From assembly GCA_050180235.1 (NCBI GenBank), contig JBFXEJ010000017.1:4595-68594 (forward strand): DNA of 64,000 nucleotides, read 5' to 3'. The notes under the pieces are model-generated. The model ran no database searches. It was given only the letters and a program-made list of their open reading frames with translations, and was not told the origin of the DNA. Positions 39,089 through 47,585 of this stretch are shown here, piece by piece. This DNA comes from Desulfococcaceae bacterium. Lineage in GTDB: Bacteria; Desulfobacterota; Desulfobacteria; Desulfobacterales; Desulfococcaceae. Position 1 is the stretch's first letter, and each line of letters opens with the position of its first letter. A program made the position numbers and the translations under genes.

Positions 39089-39339
39089 AGTCCCAGCGCC
39101 TCCCTGATTTCTTTTTCCTTGTATCCCACAATGATCTTATCTCCGATAATGATGGTGGGGAAAGAGCATTTTGGGTTAAGTTTCTTCACATCCTCAATAA
39201 TGGCCCTGCGTTCATCACCTTCCAGCAGGTCCACATCCACAAAATCATACTGCACCGTGCATTCTGCCAAAAATTTTTTGACAGATTTGCAGTGACTGCA
39301 TGTGCTGAGGGAATATACCTGAACATTTTTTTTACTCAT
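39085..39339 (-). CDS. glutaredoxin-like protein
   Basis: 84 aa with CSHC active site and a ...FPTIIIGDKIIVGY thioredoxin fold. Overlaps the FTR-like gene by 4 nt. Confidence 0.85.
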   Translation of the reverse strand: MSKKNVQVYSLSTCSHCKSVKKFLAECTVQYDFVDVDLLEGDERRAIIEDVKKLNPKCSFPTIIIGDKIIVGYKEKEIREALGL

Positions 39340-39440
39340 GAAAATTTTCCTTTCTGCGTGGCTTGGAAATAAAGCATAAACAGGCTTTCAGCCTTTTCAT
39401 GCGCAGCGGCACAGGCTGGAAGCCTGTGCCACTTTTTGTT

Positions 39441-39698
39441 TCAGTCAGATTTTACAGCAAATTCCTCAAAAGTCTTCAGCCATTTGGATGTCGCATGGGT
39501 TTCACTGATTTTAAAATATCCCGCAGTGATAAAAACGGGAATCCGGTAATTTTCCGGAATGGCAAATGCCTTTTTCACGCCGTCATTTTCGAATTCGTCT
39601 TGTTTGTCCTGCGTCACAGCCCCGGCTTTGATCATTTCCTGAAAATTTTTTTCCGCAAAGGTATCAAAATTCCCCATTCCGAATTTCCCATTCCCCAT
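39441..39698 (-). CDS. possible gene remnant (nitroreductase-like C-terminal segment?)
   Basis: 85-aa ORF containing AFAIPENYRIPVFITAGY, which resembles nitroreductase C-termini. Overlaps the hydantoinase 3' end inside a gggaatggg repeat. Weak call. Confidence 0.25.
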   Translation of the reverse strand: MGNGKFGMGNFDTFAEKNFQEMIKAGAVTQDKQDEFENDGVKKAFAIPENYRIPVFITAGYFKISETHATSKWLKTFEEFAVKSD

Positions 39699-41388
39699 TC
39701 ATCAGCCCCTGCACAATGCGTTCATAACCCCGGATCAGGCCGGGTCTGACCTGCACTTTTACCCGGATGTTTCTGCCTGTGGTATAAAATCCCCGCACCA
39801 TATTGAACTGCTGACTTTCCGTTACATCCATGTCCAGATCCTCTGCATCCGCGCCCATGCGCACAGCTTTGATCCGCAGCAGTTCAAAGGCTTTTTCCGC
39901 AGCCATTTCCTTTGAAAAATTCCGGTTTACAGTCTGCGTGAAATTCTCTTCAGGCGCGGCAGCAATTTCCTGCTGGGTATCTGCAAACAGGGTGACTTCG
40001 CATGTGGTACGGGCCAGGGCAGCGCCAATGGCATTGGCAACCTTCCAGTGGGGAATCACACTTACTTCAAATTCGGACAGTTCCTGCAGACGTTTGGCAA
40101 AATAGGGAGCCGGGCCGCCCAGCACGAAAATTTTCTTCGGGTTGACCTGCAGACCTTCCCGGAGTTCATGAATGGTATAAACCGGCTTGCGGTTGATGGC
40201 ATCAATCATGGCACGGGTATGAGAGAGAATGATATGACAGGCCCGGTCAAAAATCATCTCTGCCGCTTCCGGGATACCTGTTCCCAGAACCTCTGCCACG
40301 GAGCCGATACCTCTGGCTGCGGCCTCCTGATCCCCGTCTTCCATCAGTCCCAGAACAAAAAGCGCGTCCGTTGGTGTGGGTGTGTTTCCGCCATAGGCCA
40401 TGGCAGGACCGACGCGATCCGGCCCGATAAGAAGTTCTCCTTTGCGGACGCGCACATGACTGTCTCCGCCAAGTCCGATGGATCGGGTTTCCAGGGAGCG
40501 GATCAGCGTATTGAAATTACCGAGGCTGATACCCACAGGATTGAGCAGCGGAACCCGGTCAGCCAGAATTGCTATGTCCGTTGTGGTTCCGCCGATATCG
40601 AGCACCACACTTTCTCCTGTTCCGGAAGCAAACACGGTCGCTCCCATGACACTGGCCGAAGGCCCGGAGAGAAGCGTCTGACCGGGAAAATCAATGGAAG
40701 CCGCGAAGTTCATAGTTCCTCCGTCAGCCTTCAGGAGATGGATGGGAATCTTCAGCCCCTTCCGGTCAAGGGATTTGACCACAGCACTGAAAAAATTTTT
40801 GTGCACGGGAAATACAGCCGCATTGAGATAGGCAGTGGCAATGCGGCGGGGAAAATCGAGATTGCCGGATATCTGATGCCCCATGAAAATCCTTTCGGCA
40901 TTTTCACCCAGGATGTTCTGCAAAATATCCCGGATCATCAGTTCATGAGCGGGATTGCGCACGGAAAATTTTCCCACAATCCCGAATGTCCTGATCCCTT
41001 CCTGTTTCAGATGCTGCGCGACTGAGATAATTTCTTCCCGGTTTATCCCTGTGATTTCCCGGCCCCGGTGATCCACCGACCCGGAAACACAGAAATAATG
41101 TTCATTGGTACGGAACAGTTCCGGATCAATGCCGGGCCCGGCAGAAACAATCATGCCGACCGGCTGATTCTTTTCCTGAACAATGGCATTGGTGGTCAAA
41201 GTGGTGCTGAGCACTGCCCGCCTGATTTTTTCCGGATCAATTCCCCCGGTGATCTTTTCCAGACTTGTCAGAACCGTCTGAAACAGATCCTCCTGTGCTG
41301 TGCGCACCTTGAATTCCCGGATCAGTCCCCTGTCTCCCAAAAGCACGGCATCCGTATGTGTTCCGCCGACATCAAGTCCTATTATCAT
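39664..41388 (-). CDS. hydantoinase/oxoprolinase-family protein
   Basis: MIIGLDVGGTHTDAV and LDIGGTTTDIA (ASKHA fold). ATG 41388 is preceded by AGGAAA. Confidence 0.85.
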   Translation of the reverse strand: MIIGLDVGGTHTDAVLLGDRGLIREFKVRTAQEDLFQTVLTSLEKITGGIDPEKIRRAVLSTTLTTNAIVQEKNQPVGMIVSAGPGIDPELFRTNEHYFCVSGSVDHRGREITGINREEIISVAQHLKQEGIRTFGIVGKFSVRNPAHELMIRDILQNILGENAERIFMGHQISGNLDFPRRIATAYLNAAVFPVHKNFFSAVVKSLDRKGLKIPIHLLKADGGTMNFAASIDFPGQTLLSGPSASVMGATVFASGTGESVVLDIGGTTTDIAILADRVPLLNPVGISLGNFNTLIRSLETRSIGLGGDSHVRVRKGELLIGPDRVGPAMAYGGNTPTPTDALFVLGLMEDGDQEAAARGIGSVAEVLGTGIPEAAEMIFDRACHIILSHTRAMIDAINRKPVYTIHELREGLQVNPKKIFVLGGPAPYFAKRLQELSEFEVSVIPHWKVANAIGAALARTTCEVTLFADTQQEIAAAPEENFTQTVNRNFSKEMAAEKAFELLRIKAVRMGADAEDLDMDVTESQQFNMVRGFYTTGRNIRVKVQVRPGLIRGYERIVQGLMNGEWEIRNGEF

Positions 41389-41773
41389 GGCTTTTCCTTG
41401 CATCTGTGAAAGGTTGACAATATATGCACATCAGGTGGCAGCCTGCATTTTTCCGCTGCCGGACTGCCGGTCATTTTCCGCAAATATGACCGGGCTGCGG
41501 GGGATACTCTCGGATGTTACGCAATTTTTTTAAAAATCAGCATATTGCTTTGCCATCCAGCATTCCTTCAAAAAATGTAATCCAGTAATTTCAGAACATT
41601 ATGGATACCAATTTTCACCGGTATGACGGTGGTGCCTAACATGAGTACTCTTTTTCCCCAGCGAAAAGCAGGAATTATCCTATACTTTATCCGGTTGTTT
41701 TTCAATATCATATTTGATAGAAAAACCCAAGAGAAGTGTGGCATGAAATTTTTCTGAAAAGGAGATAGGGAAA

Positions 41774-42469
41774 ATGAAAGGCATAACTTATATATTTTTG
41801 GCCTTTTTCCTGCTTTTGCCATCGGCCGGGACATGTGCTTCGTCCGTCGGAGCAGTCACCGCATTCCAGGGACAGGCAGAGATCATCAGGCCCGGACAGC
41901 CCGGTATACCCACTGCTTCCGGTATGCCTGTCCACGCGGGTGACATGGCAAAAACCGGAAAGCGTTCCAAACTTGAAATCCGCTTTGATGACGGCAGCAT
42001 AATTCGTCTTGGAGAAAATTCACACGCAGAAATAGCAGAATACCTGTTTGAAGATGACAGTGTTCTGGCAAAAATATTTCTGCACGCCGGAAAAGTCCGC
42101 AGCATTGTAAAAAAAGCAAAAGGATTGTTTGGAATGGATGAAATAAACCGTTTTGAGGTGCATACGGACACGGCGGTCATAGGGGCGCGGGGAACGGATT
42201 TTGTCACATTCCGCAAGGGAAAGATCAGCCGTGCCCTGTTTATCAGAGGAGAAGGTTACTGCTATCCGGTGGGCAATCCCGAAGCTCTGAAAAAAGTTGC
42301 CGCAGGACAGTCCGTAACCGTAAACAGGGCGGATGCAGTCCCCTTTGTGCAAAAAGGGAATGAATCGGAAATCCGGGAAAATCTGAACGATACAACTATC
42401 TGGAAAGATAGCGGTTTTATATGGAATAACCCGGGGCCTGATGACACAGTAACAGCAAGTCCCTACTGA
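41774..42469 (+). CDS. FecR-domain protein (secreted)
   Basis: Signal peptide, then VHAGDMAKTGKRSKLEIRFDDGSIIRLGENS, typical of the FecR domain. Confidence 0.7.
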   Translation: MKGITYIFLAFFLLLPSAGTCASSVGAVTAFQGQAEIIRPGQPGIPTASGMPVHAGDMAKTGKRSKLEIRFDDGSIIRLGENSHAEIAEYLFEDDSVLAKIFLHAGKVRSIVKKAKGLFGMDEINRFEVHTDTAVIGARGTDFVTFRKGKISRALFIRGEGYCYPVGNPEALKKVAAGQSVTVNRADAVPFVQKGNESEIRENLNDTTIWKDSGFIWNNPGPDDTVTASPY

Positions 42470-42523
42470 TTCTGTGACGATTTTTTTGTAATTTCCCAGG
42501 CATGATCCGATTGCAAAAGTCAG

Positions 42524-42592
42524 TCATCGTCATTCCGGCGAAAGCCTGAATCCTGTGTTTTCAGTCTGTTCCGGACACCGGTTTTGACGGTT
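42524..42592. repeat. REP-like family C unit
   Basis: gtcatcgtcattccggcgaaagcctgaatcc...gttccggacaccggttttgacgg. Confidence 0.65.
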
Positions 42593-42766
42593 TTGTGGGG
42601 TTTTGCAATTGTCCCGGTTCCAAAAGGTTTTCCGGGACACAGGTGTTCCCTGTTTCGGGATTGAGAGAGCAATACTTTGAAAATACAATAAAAATGCAGT
42701 TTATCCGGAGTTGCGGATGAAATAGGCATTTACAAACAGGTGACAGATGGGTTATAAAGATAAATT

Positions 42767-44005
42767 ATGAAAACAGCTATAAGATGGTTTGGTTTATTTA
42801 CGGTACTGTTATGTATGACTTTTCCAGCGGATGCCTACAAGAGCTGTCCGCCACTGACGCGGTGCAGAGACCCCTTTCTGCAGCAGGGACTTGAGGCTGC
42901 TGTCGCTTCTCTGGATCTGGATGCCGCTGTCCAAAGCAAAAACCTTTGCGTGGCACTGGCCGATATTACGGATCCGTCCTCGCCCAGACTGGCTGCCCTC
43001 AACGGCAACCAGATGATGTACGCTGCAAGTCTTCCCAAAATTGCCATCCTGCTTGGCGCATTCGAGCGTATCCACAGGGGTGAGATGACCCTGGATCAGG
43101 AAACACATGATACGATTACGCGCATGATCCGCAATTCCTCCAATGAAGCCGCCACCGAGATGCTCAACCGCGTAGGCCCGGAATTTCTGGAAAGTGTGCT
43201 CCGTTCTCCCAAATACCGCTTCTATGATCTTTCCCAGAACGGGGGGCTGTGGGTGGGTAAGGAATACGGCAAATCCGCTGCATGGAAACGTGACCCCCTG
43301 TACAATCTTTCCCACGGTGCCACGGCTGTGCAGGTTGCCCGTTTTTACTATATGCTGGAAAACGGACTGCTCGTATCCCCGGAAATGAGCCGGAAGATGA
43401 AGGAAATTTTGGGGCATCCCGCGATTCATCACAAATTTGTAAAGGGACTTGAGGCCACGCGTCCCAATTCCGCCATCTACCGGAAATCCGGAACCTGGGG
43501 GCAGTTTCATGCAGACAGTGCCATTGTGGAGCGCAAAGGCCGCCGCTATATTGCCGTGGCCCTGGCAAACAGCCCGGAAGGCGGGCAGTGGCTCAGCGAC
43601 CTTATTGTGGCTCTGGATGATCTGATTTTTCACGGCTGGCCGCAGACCCGGTATTTCCGTCCTGAGAAGGATACCCTGAATGTGGCCCGTCTGGAGACAG
43701 ATGTTCCTAAAATAATCCGTCCGGAGACTAATCTTCAGAAGCCGGCCCGTCAGAAGGCAGTTCAGAAGGCAACCCGTCTGAAGGCAGTTCAGAAGACAAA
43801 ACGTCTGAAGACGGTGCAGAAGGCAAAACGTCTGAAGACGGTGCAGAAGGCAACCCGTCTGAAGGCAGTTCAGAAGGCAAAACATCTGAAGACAGTGCAG
43901 AAGGAGAAGAGTCTGAAGAATGATCGGAAGAAGCATGGTAAGACTCCAAAAGCCTCTGGATCCGTGTCCCAAGTGTCTGGTGCACGACAGCAGAGTTCTT
44001 CCTGA
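42767..44005 (+). CDS. secreted class-A beta-lactamase-fold serine hydrolase with Lys-rich repeat tail
   Basis: Signal peptide; SxxK (SLPK), SxN (SSN) and KSG (KSGT) motifs. Tail of 9-aa repeats (KAVQKATRL and variants). Confidence 0.75.
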   Translation: MKTAIRWFGLFTVLLCMTFPADAYKSCPPLTRCRDPFLQQGLEAAVASLDLDAAVQSKNLCVALADITDPSSPRLAALNGNQMMYAASLPKIAILLGAFERIHRGEMTLDQETHDTITRMIRNSSNEAATEMLNRVGPEFLESVLRSPKYRFYDLSQNGGLWVGKEYGKSAAWKRDPLYNLSHGATAVQVARFYYMLENGLLVSPEMSRKMKEILGHPAIHHKFVKGLEATRPNSAIYRKSGTWGQFHADSAIVERKGRRYIAVALANSPEGGQWLSDLIVALDDLIFHGWPQTRYFRPEKDTLNVARLETDVPKIIRPETNLQKPARQKAVQKATRLKAVQKTKRLKTVQKAKRLKTVQKATRLKAVQKAKHLKTVQKEKSLKNDRKKHGKTPKASGSVSQVSGARQQSSS

Positions 44006-45191
44006 GCACATCAGACATGATGACAACCATATAGTGCAGATGCCGTGTCTCTGCCGGGGATTCCACAACAGCCACAGAATTCATCAGATTTCTGACATTT
44101 CCTTTGTATTTGCCGCATGTGAATCCGGGTTCGGGTCTGCACTGGTACAGAGAACCGGATTTAAAGTAAACAGCCGCATCCGAAAGAGCCGGAGCCGAGG
44201 CATAGCGTATCCGTCTCTGGGTCATGTAAAGCAGGCGTTTGATTTCCCTGCTTGAAAATATGTCCACAATTTTTCCCTGCTCCATTTTCAGCAGAAACTG
44301 CATTAAAGAACGGGAATTTGCCCGGCTGCCGGTTCTTCCCGGAACGATCTGCTTGCCCCGTTTTGTAAAAAAATTCCCCTGCCGGAACTGTTCTGTGTCA
44401 AATCCGTGCTGTTCCAGCGGGGTCTGCAAACTTCTGACAAGGAGTCCGGAAAGAACCTGCCTGGGTGTTTCACGGAAAAACGTCCGGATTTCAGCTTCAC
44501 TGACCGGATAACGTTTTCCGAAATGTCTGAGCAGAAGGATTTCCCGGATCACCATGCTTGCGGAAGCATTGGAACTGGCTGAAAGCATCCAGTCCAGATA
44601 TGTGTAAAGAGATGCCCTGTCTCCGATCCGCAGGATGCGGTGGGAAAGCTGTTTTTTTGCAGGATTCCAGAAGGGAACCTTGTGCTCGTCAGATCGGATG
44701 AACTCATCTGCCGTGACCATTGCTGTCCGCAGAATGTTCAGGCGGGCCTGTGTGTCTTCCGGCCAAATATCAGCCAAAGCCTGAAACAGCCCTGTGGCAA
44801 CAACGATTTTTCCCACACTTCCGGGATTATGATCCGCAGTTCCCCGGTGTTCCGCGTAAACAGGAGCGTCAGGATTGGAAAGATCCAGCACTGCAATTCC
44901 GTATCTGTTGACTTCCCTGCCAAGCAGTCTGACAATCTTGGATGTAAATTCCTTATCCGCAGCCGGAAGTTTCATATCCGCCCTGTTTGTCAGGCGCAGA
45001 TCAGCCTTATCCAGTCCGAGCATGGCTCCGGCAGGCTGACGCGGCCCGCCCACTTTGCCTTCATTTGCCAGACGGTAGCCTTCCAGCCGGGCAATGCCGC
45101 TGAAACCATCCCCGTCCAGAGGATAGGCAAACCCGGAAACAGTCCCGAACATCACTCCCAGAAAAATACTGAATATGCTGATAAATTTCAT
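43728..45191 (-). CDS. secreted beta-lactamase-fold serine hydrolase with Ser/Asp/Pro-rich repeat tail
   Basis: ATG 45191 is preceded by GGGGAGAA, followed by a signal peptide. SxxK (SVGK), SSN and KSG (FKSGS) motifs. Tail SSDVLPSAP... is encoded on the opposite strand of the same repeat. Confidence 0.7.
   Translation of the reverse strand: MKFISIFSIFLGVMFGTVSGFAYPLDGDGFSGIARLEGYRLANEGKVGGPRQPAGAMLGLDKADLRLTNRADMKLPAADKEFTSKIVRLLGREVNRYGIAVLDLSNPDAPVYAEHRGTADHNPGSVGKIVVATGLFQALADIWPEDTQARLNILRTAMVTADEFIRSDEHKVPFWNPAKKQLSHRILRIGDRASLYTYLDWMLSASSNASASMVIREILLLRHFGKRYPVSEAEIRTFFRETPRQVLSGLLVRSLQTPLEQHGFDTEQFRQGNFFTKRGKQIVPGRTGSRANSRSLMQFLLKMEQGKIVDIFSSREIKRLLYMTQRRIRYASAPALSDAAVYFKSGSLYQCRPEPGFTCGKYKGNVRNLMNSVAVVESPAETRHLHYMVVIMSDVLRKNSAVVHQTLGTRIQRLLESYHASSDHSSDSSPSALSSDVLPSELPSDGLPSAPSSDVLPSAPSSDVLSSELPSDGLPSELPSDGPASED
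43747..43919. repeat. 27-bp tandem repeat, about 6.4 copies, coding on both strands
   Basis: Unit cgtctgaag(g/a)c(a/g)gt(t/g)cagaaggcaa(c/a)(c/a). Read as KAVQKATRL on the plus strand and SSDVLPSAP-like on the minus strand. Confidence 0.9.
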
Positions 45192-45268
45192 AATATTTTC
45201 TCCCCACAAAATCAAATCTGACCGATCACCTTGCGCCGACTTTCCAAAAATCAGGAAGTTACCCTTTC

Positions 45269-45343
45269 ACCGCCATTCCGGCATAAGCCGGAATCCGGCA
45301 GTTTCAAACAGTTGCGGATACCGGTTTTCGCGTGTATGACGAC
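45269..45343. repeat. REP-like family C unit
   Basis: caccgccattccggcataagccggaatcc...gcggataccggttttcgcgtgtatgacg. Confidence 0.7.
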
Positions 45344-45440
45344 ATTGCGTAAGGTGAGATTACAGAATACCGGCAGACCGGGTTAAATATATTCGGTACA
45401 TACTTGACATGCAATCTTTTTTTTTCTATTTTGCATTTTC

Positions 45441-46058
45441 ATGAACGATTATCAGACAGAGCAGATGGAAACCCTGACTATGATCCGGAGCCATTTTTCG
45501 GAAATGGGGGAAGCGGAGCGGAAAAAGCTTCGGGCATCTCTGAAAGACTATCTGGCATTCAGGGCAGATACAGCGGCATTTCTGGCAGGGCATTTCGGAC
45601 ATCTCTGTACCCGGAACTGCTATGAAAACCGCATGAGTGCGTGCTGCTCCAAAGACGGCATTATCACCTTTTTCGCAGATGCCGCGGTCAACGTGCTGCT
45701 GTCTTCGGATGCACAACTGGATGCACTGGCAGATGTGCTTGTAAAAACCCATACAGGTTTCAAATGTGTGTATCTTTCTGAAAAGGGATGTCTGTGGCGG
45801 ATCAAACCCATTGTGTGCGAAATGTTTCTCTGTGATTCTGCCAAAGCGGAAATCTTTGGAAATAACCCTGCCCTGAAGGAGGAATGGGAGACTTTGGAAA
45901 AAAGGAGAAAAGGTTTCACCTGGCCGGATCGCCCGGTTCTGTTTGATGAGCTGGAGCAGATTTTTCTGGATGCAGGATACCGTTCTCCCCTGATGTATCT
46001 GCACATCAGTCCCGGACTGCTGCGGATCAGGCGCAATTCCGCCCGGCACCCGGACTGA
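45441..46058 (+). CDS. YkgJ-like cysteine-cluster protein
   Basis: Cys pattern CTRNC...CC and CVYLSEKGCLWRIKPIVCEMFLC resembles the UPF0153/YkgJ family. Assignment from memory only. Confidence 0.45.
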   Translation: MNDYQTEQMETLTMIRSHFSEMGEAERKKLRASLKDYLAFRADTAAFLAGHFGHLCTRNCYENRMSACCSKDGIITFFADAAVNVLLSSDAQLDALADVLVKTHTGFKCVYLSEKGCLWRIKPIVCEMFLCDSAKAEIFGNNPALKEEWETLEKRRKGFTWPDRPVLFDELEQIFLDAGYRSPLMYLHISPGLLRIRRNSARHPD

Positions 46059-46193
46059 TATGGGAAACTGTTTTGCAGTATCCCGCCATTTTCAGTCAGC
46101 AGAGAAAAATTTTTTTTTGCAATGCAGACTTTCAGGCTTTTTACCGTAATTTTTTTTCAACTTTACTTTATACTTGAGAAAGGACATAATCTG

Positions 46194-46463
46194 ATGAAAG
46201 ATGACAGGGGACTGTATTATTATCCGTTTCCCGAAAACAAAGGTGTGCGGATGTATGTACGTGAGGTTGGGGATGAAATCTGTTTCCGTTTATGGAAATC
46301 AGATGAGCCTGAAATATGGGAGGGGCATGGATGGGTTCCCCATGCGGCCATACTGGAGGCTGCGGCCATGTACAAAAAAACATCGTCCAGAGGTTTTGAT
46401 CCGGGCCGGGCGTATGATCTTGCTGTGGCCGGCTCCCTGATTCAGGAGGATAAAAAAAAATAA
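46194..46463 (+). CDS. hypothetical small protein
   Basis: Internal ATG 46194 (MKDDRGLYYYPF...) of ORF 46122..46463. No recognisable domain. Confidence 0.4.
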   Translation: MKDDRGLYYYPFPENKGVRMYVREVGDEICFRLWKSDEPEIWEGHGWVPHAAILEAAAMYKKTSSRGFDPGRAYDLAVAGSLIQEDKKK

Positions 46464-46485
46464 CCGGCATAAAGGAGATGCAAAA

Positions 46486-47139
46486 ATGAGAAAATTATTG
46501 TTTCCAAATGTTTTATTTTCTGTTTTCCTTATTCTGGCAGTCAGCGGATGCGCAACCAGGAGATATGTGAATGAACAGCTTAACGAGGCGCTTACTGCTG
46601 AAATCAGCAATGTGCGCACAGATATTTCCAATGTGCGGGAAGGTGTGCGAAGCAATCAGGAGGCCATTGATGTGCTGAAAATCAAAACCCAGGAACAGCA
46701 GGAGATGATAGAGAAAAAATTCTCTTTGGTAGATGAGGCCATCAGCCGCGCCAAAGAGGGCAGCAAGGTCAGTGCCGGAAAACTTATGTTTGAGGCCACC
46801 ATTTCCGATGAAACCGTTCCCTTTACTTTTAACAAAAGTGAACTTTCCGAAGATGCCAAAGCCGAACTGGACATCCTGGCTGAGGTGCTGATTCAGGAAA
46901 ACAGGAATGTGTATATTGAAATTCAGGGACATACAGACAACATCGGAACCGAGGCATACAACCTGAAACTGGGGCAGTTCCGTGCGGATGCTGTCAAAAA
47001 CTATCTGCATACAAAGCATGAAATTCCGCTTAACCGCATGGACAGCTTTTCATACGGCAAATCCAGACCGGTTGCGCCCAATGACACCGCAGAAAACCGC
47101 GCACAGAACCGCCGTGTGGTGCTGATGGTGATGGAGTAG
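46486..47139 (+). CDS. OmpA-family lipoprotein
   Basis: Lipobox LAVSGC, coiled-coil region, OmpA C-terminal domain IEIQGHTDNIGTEAYNLKLGQFRADAV...NRRVVL. Confidence 0.9.
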   Translation: MRKLLFPNVLFSVFLILAVSGCATRRYVNEQLNEALTAEISNVRTDISNVREGVRSNQEAIDVLKIKTQEQQEMIEKKFSLVDEAISRAKEGSKVSAGKLMFEATISDETVPFTFNKSELSEDAKAELDILAEVLIQENRNVYIEIQGHTDNIGTEAYNLKLGQFRADAVKNYLHTKHEIPLNRMDSFSYGKSRPVAPNDTAENRAQNRRVVLMVME

Positions 47140-47243
47140 TGCTTTTTCAACTTTGATTTTATGAGTTCAAGTGTGCAAAAAACCGGATTTTTTGGAAAAA
47201 TCCGGTTTTTGCAAATCACAGATGCAGCAGTCAGGGCTGTGCC

Positions 47244-47343
47244 AAGGTGATTTCCTGAAAAGAATATCCCGGCCAAAGTATCAAAAACTTCCAGTTTTTG
47301 CCTGTGAACTGAAACGGTATATTTATTTTCAGAAATCACCTAA
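47244..47343. repeat. family D MITE-like element (inverted orientation)
   Basis: aaggtgatttcctgaaaag...gtgaactgaaacggtatatttattttcagaaatcacctaa. Confidence 0.75.
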
Positions 47344-47585
47344 ATGTCAAGCAGATTTCGGGTTGGGTGAAGCAACAGCGTAACCTTCCTGTTTTTAAGC
47401 ATTGTCTGAACCATGATTCACAGTATTAAGGGATTGGCAGGATAAAAACCCGGCAATGAAACATATCAGTCATGGCAAATCCCTTAATCCTGAAAATCCC
47501 GGTTCAGACAATATTTCTGAACCATAATTTACGGGATTAAAGGATTGATTCAATCCGCACTGCGGAAAAGCGAAAGGACAGTCTT

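Noticed and set aside
41737-41752. Sigma-54-like promoter (TGGCATGAAATTTTTC) upstream of the FecR-domain gene
   Set aside because: The GG element is present, but the -12 GC is missing at the required spacing.
42809-44068. 419-aa ORF antisense to the beta-lactamase-fold gene
   Set aside because: It has no motifs and a Cys/Leu-rich repetitive translation over the 27-bp repeat. The sense gene has a signal peptide and a full catalytic motif set.
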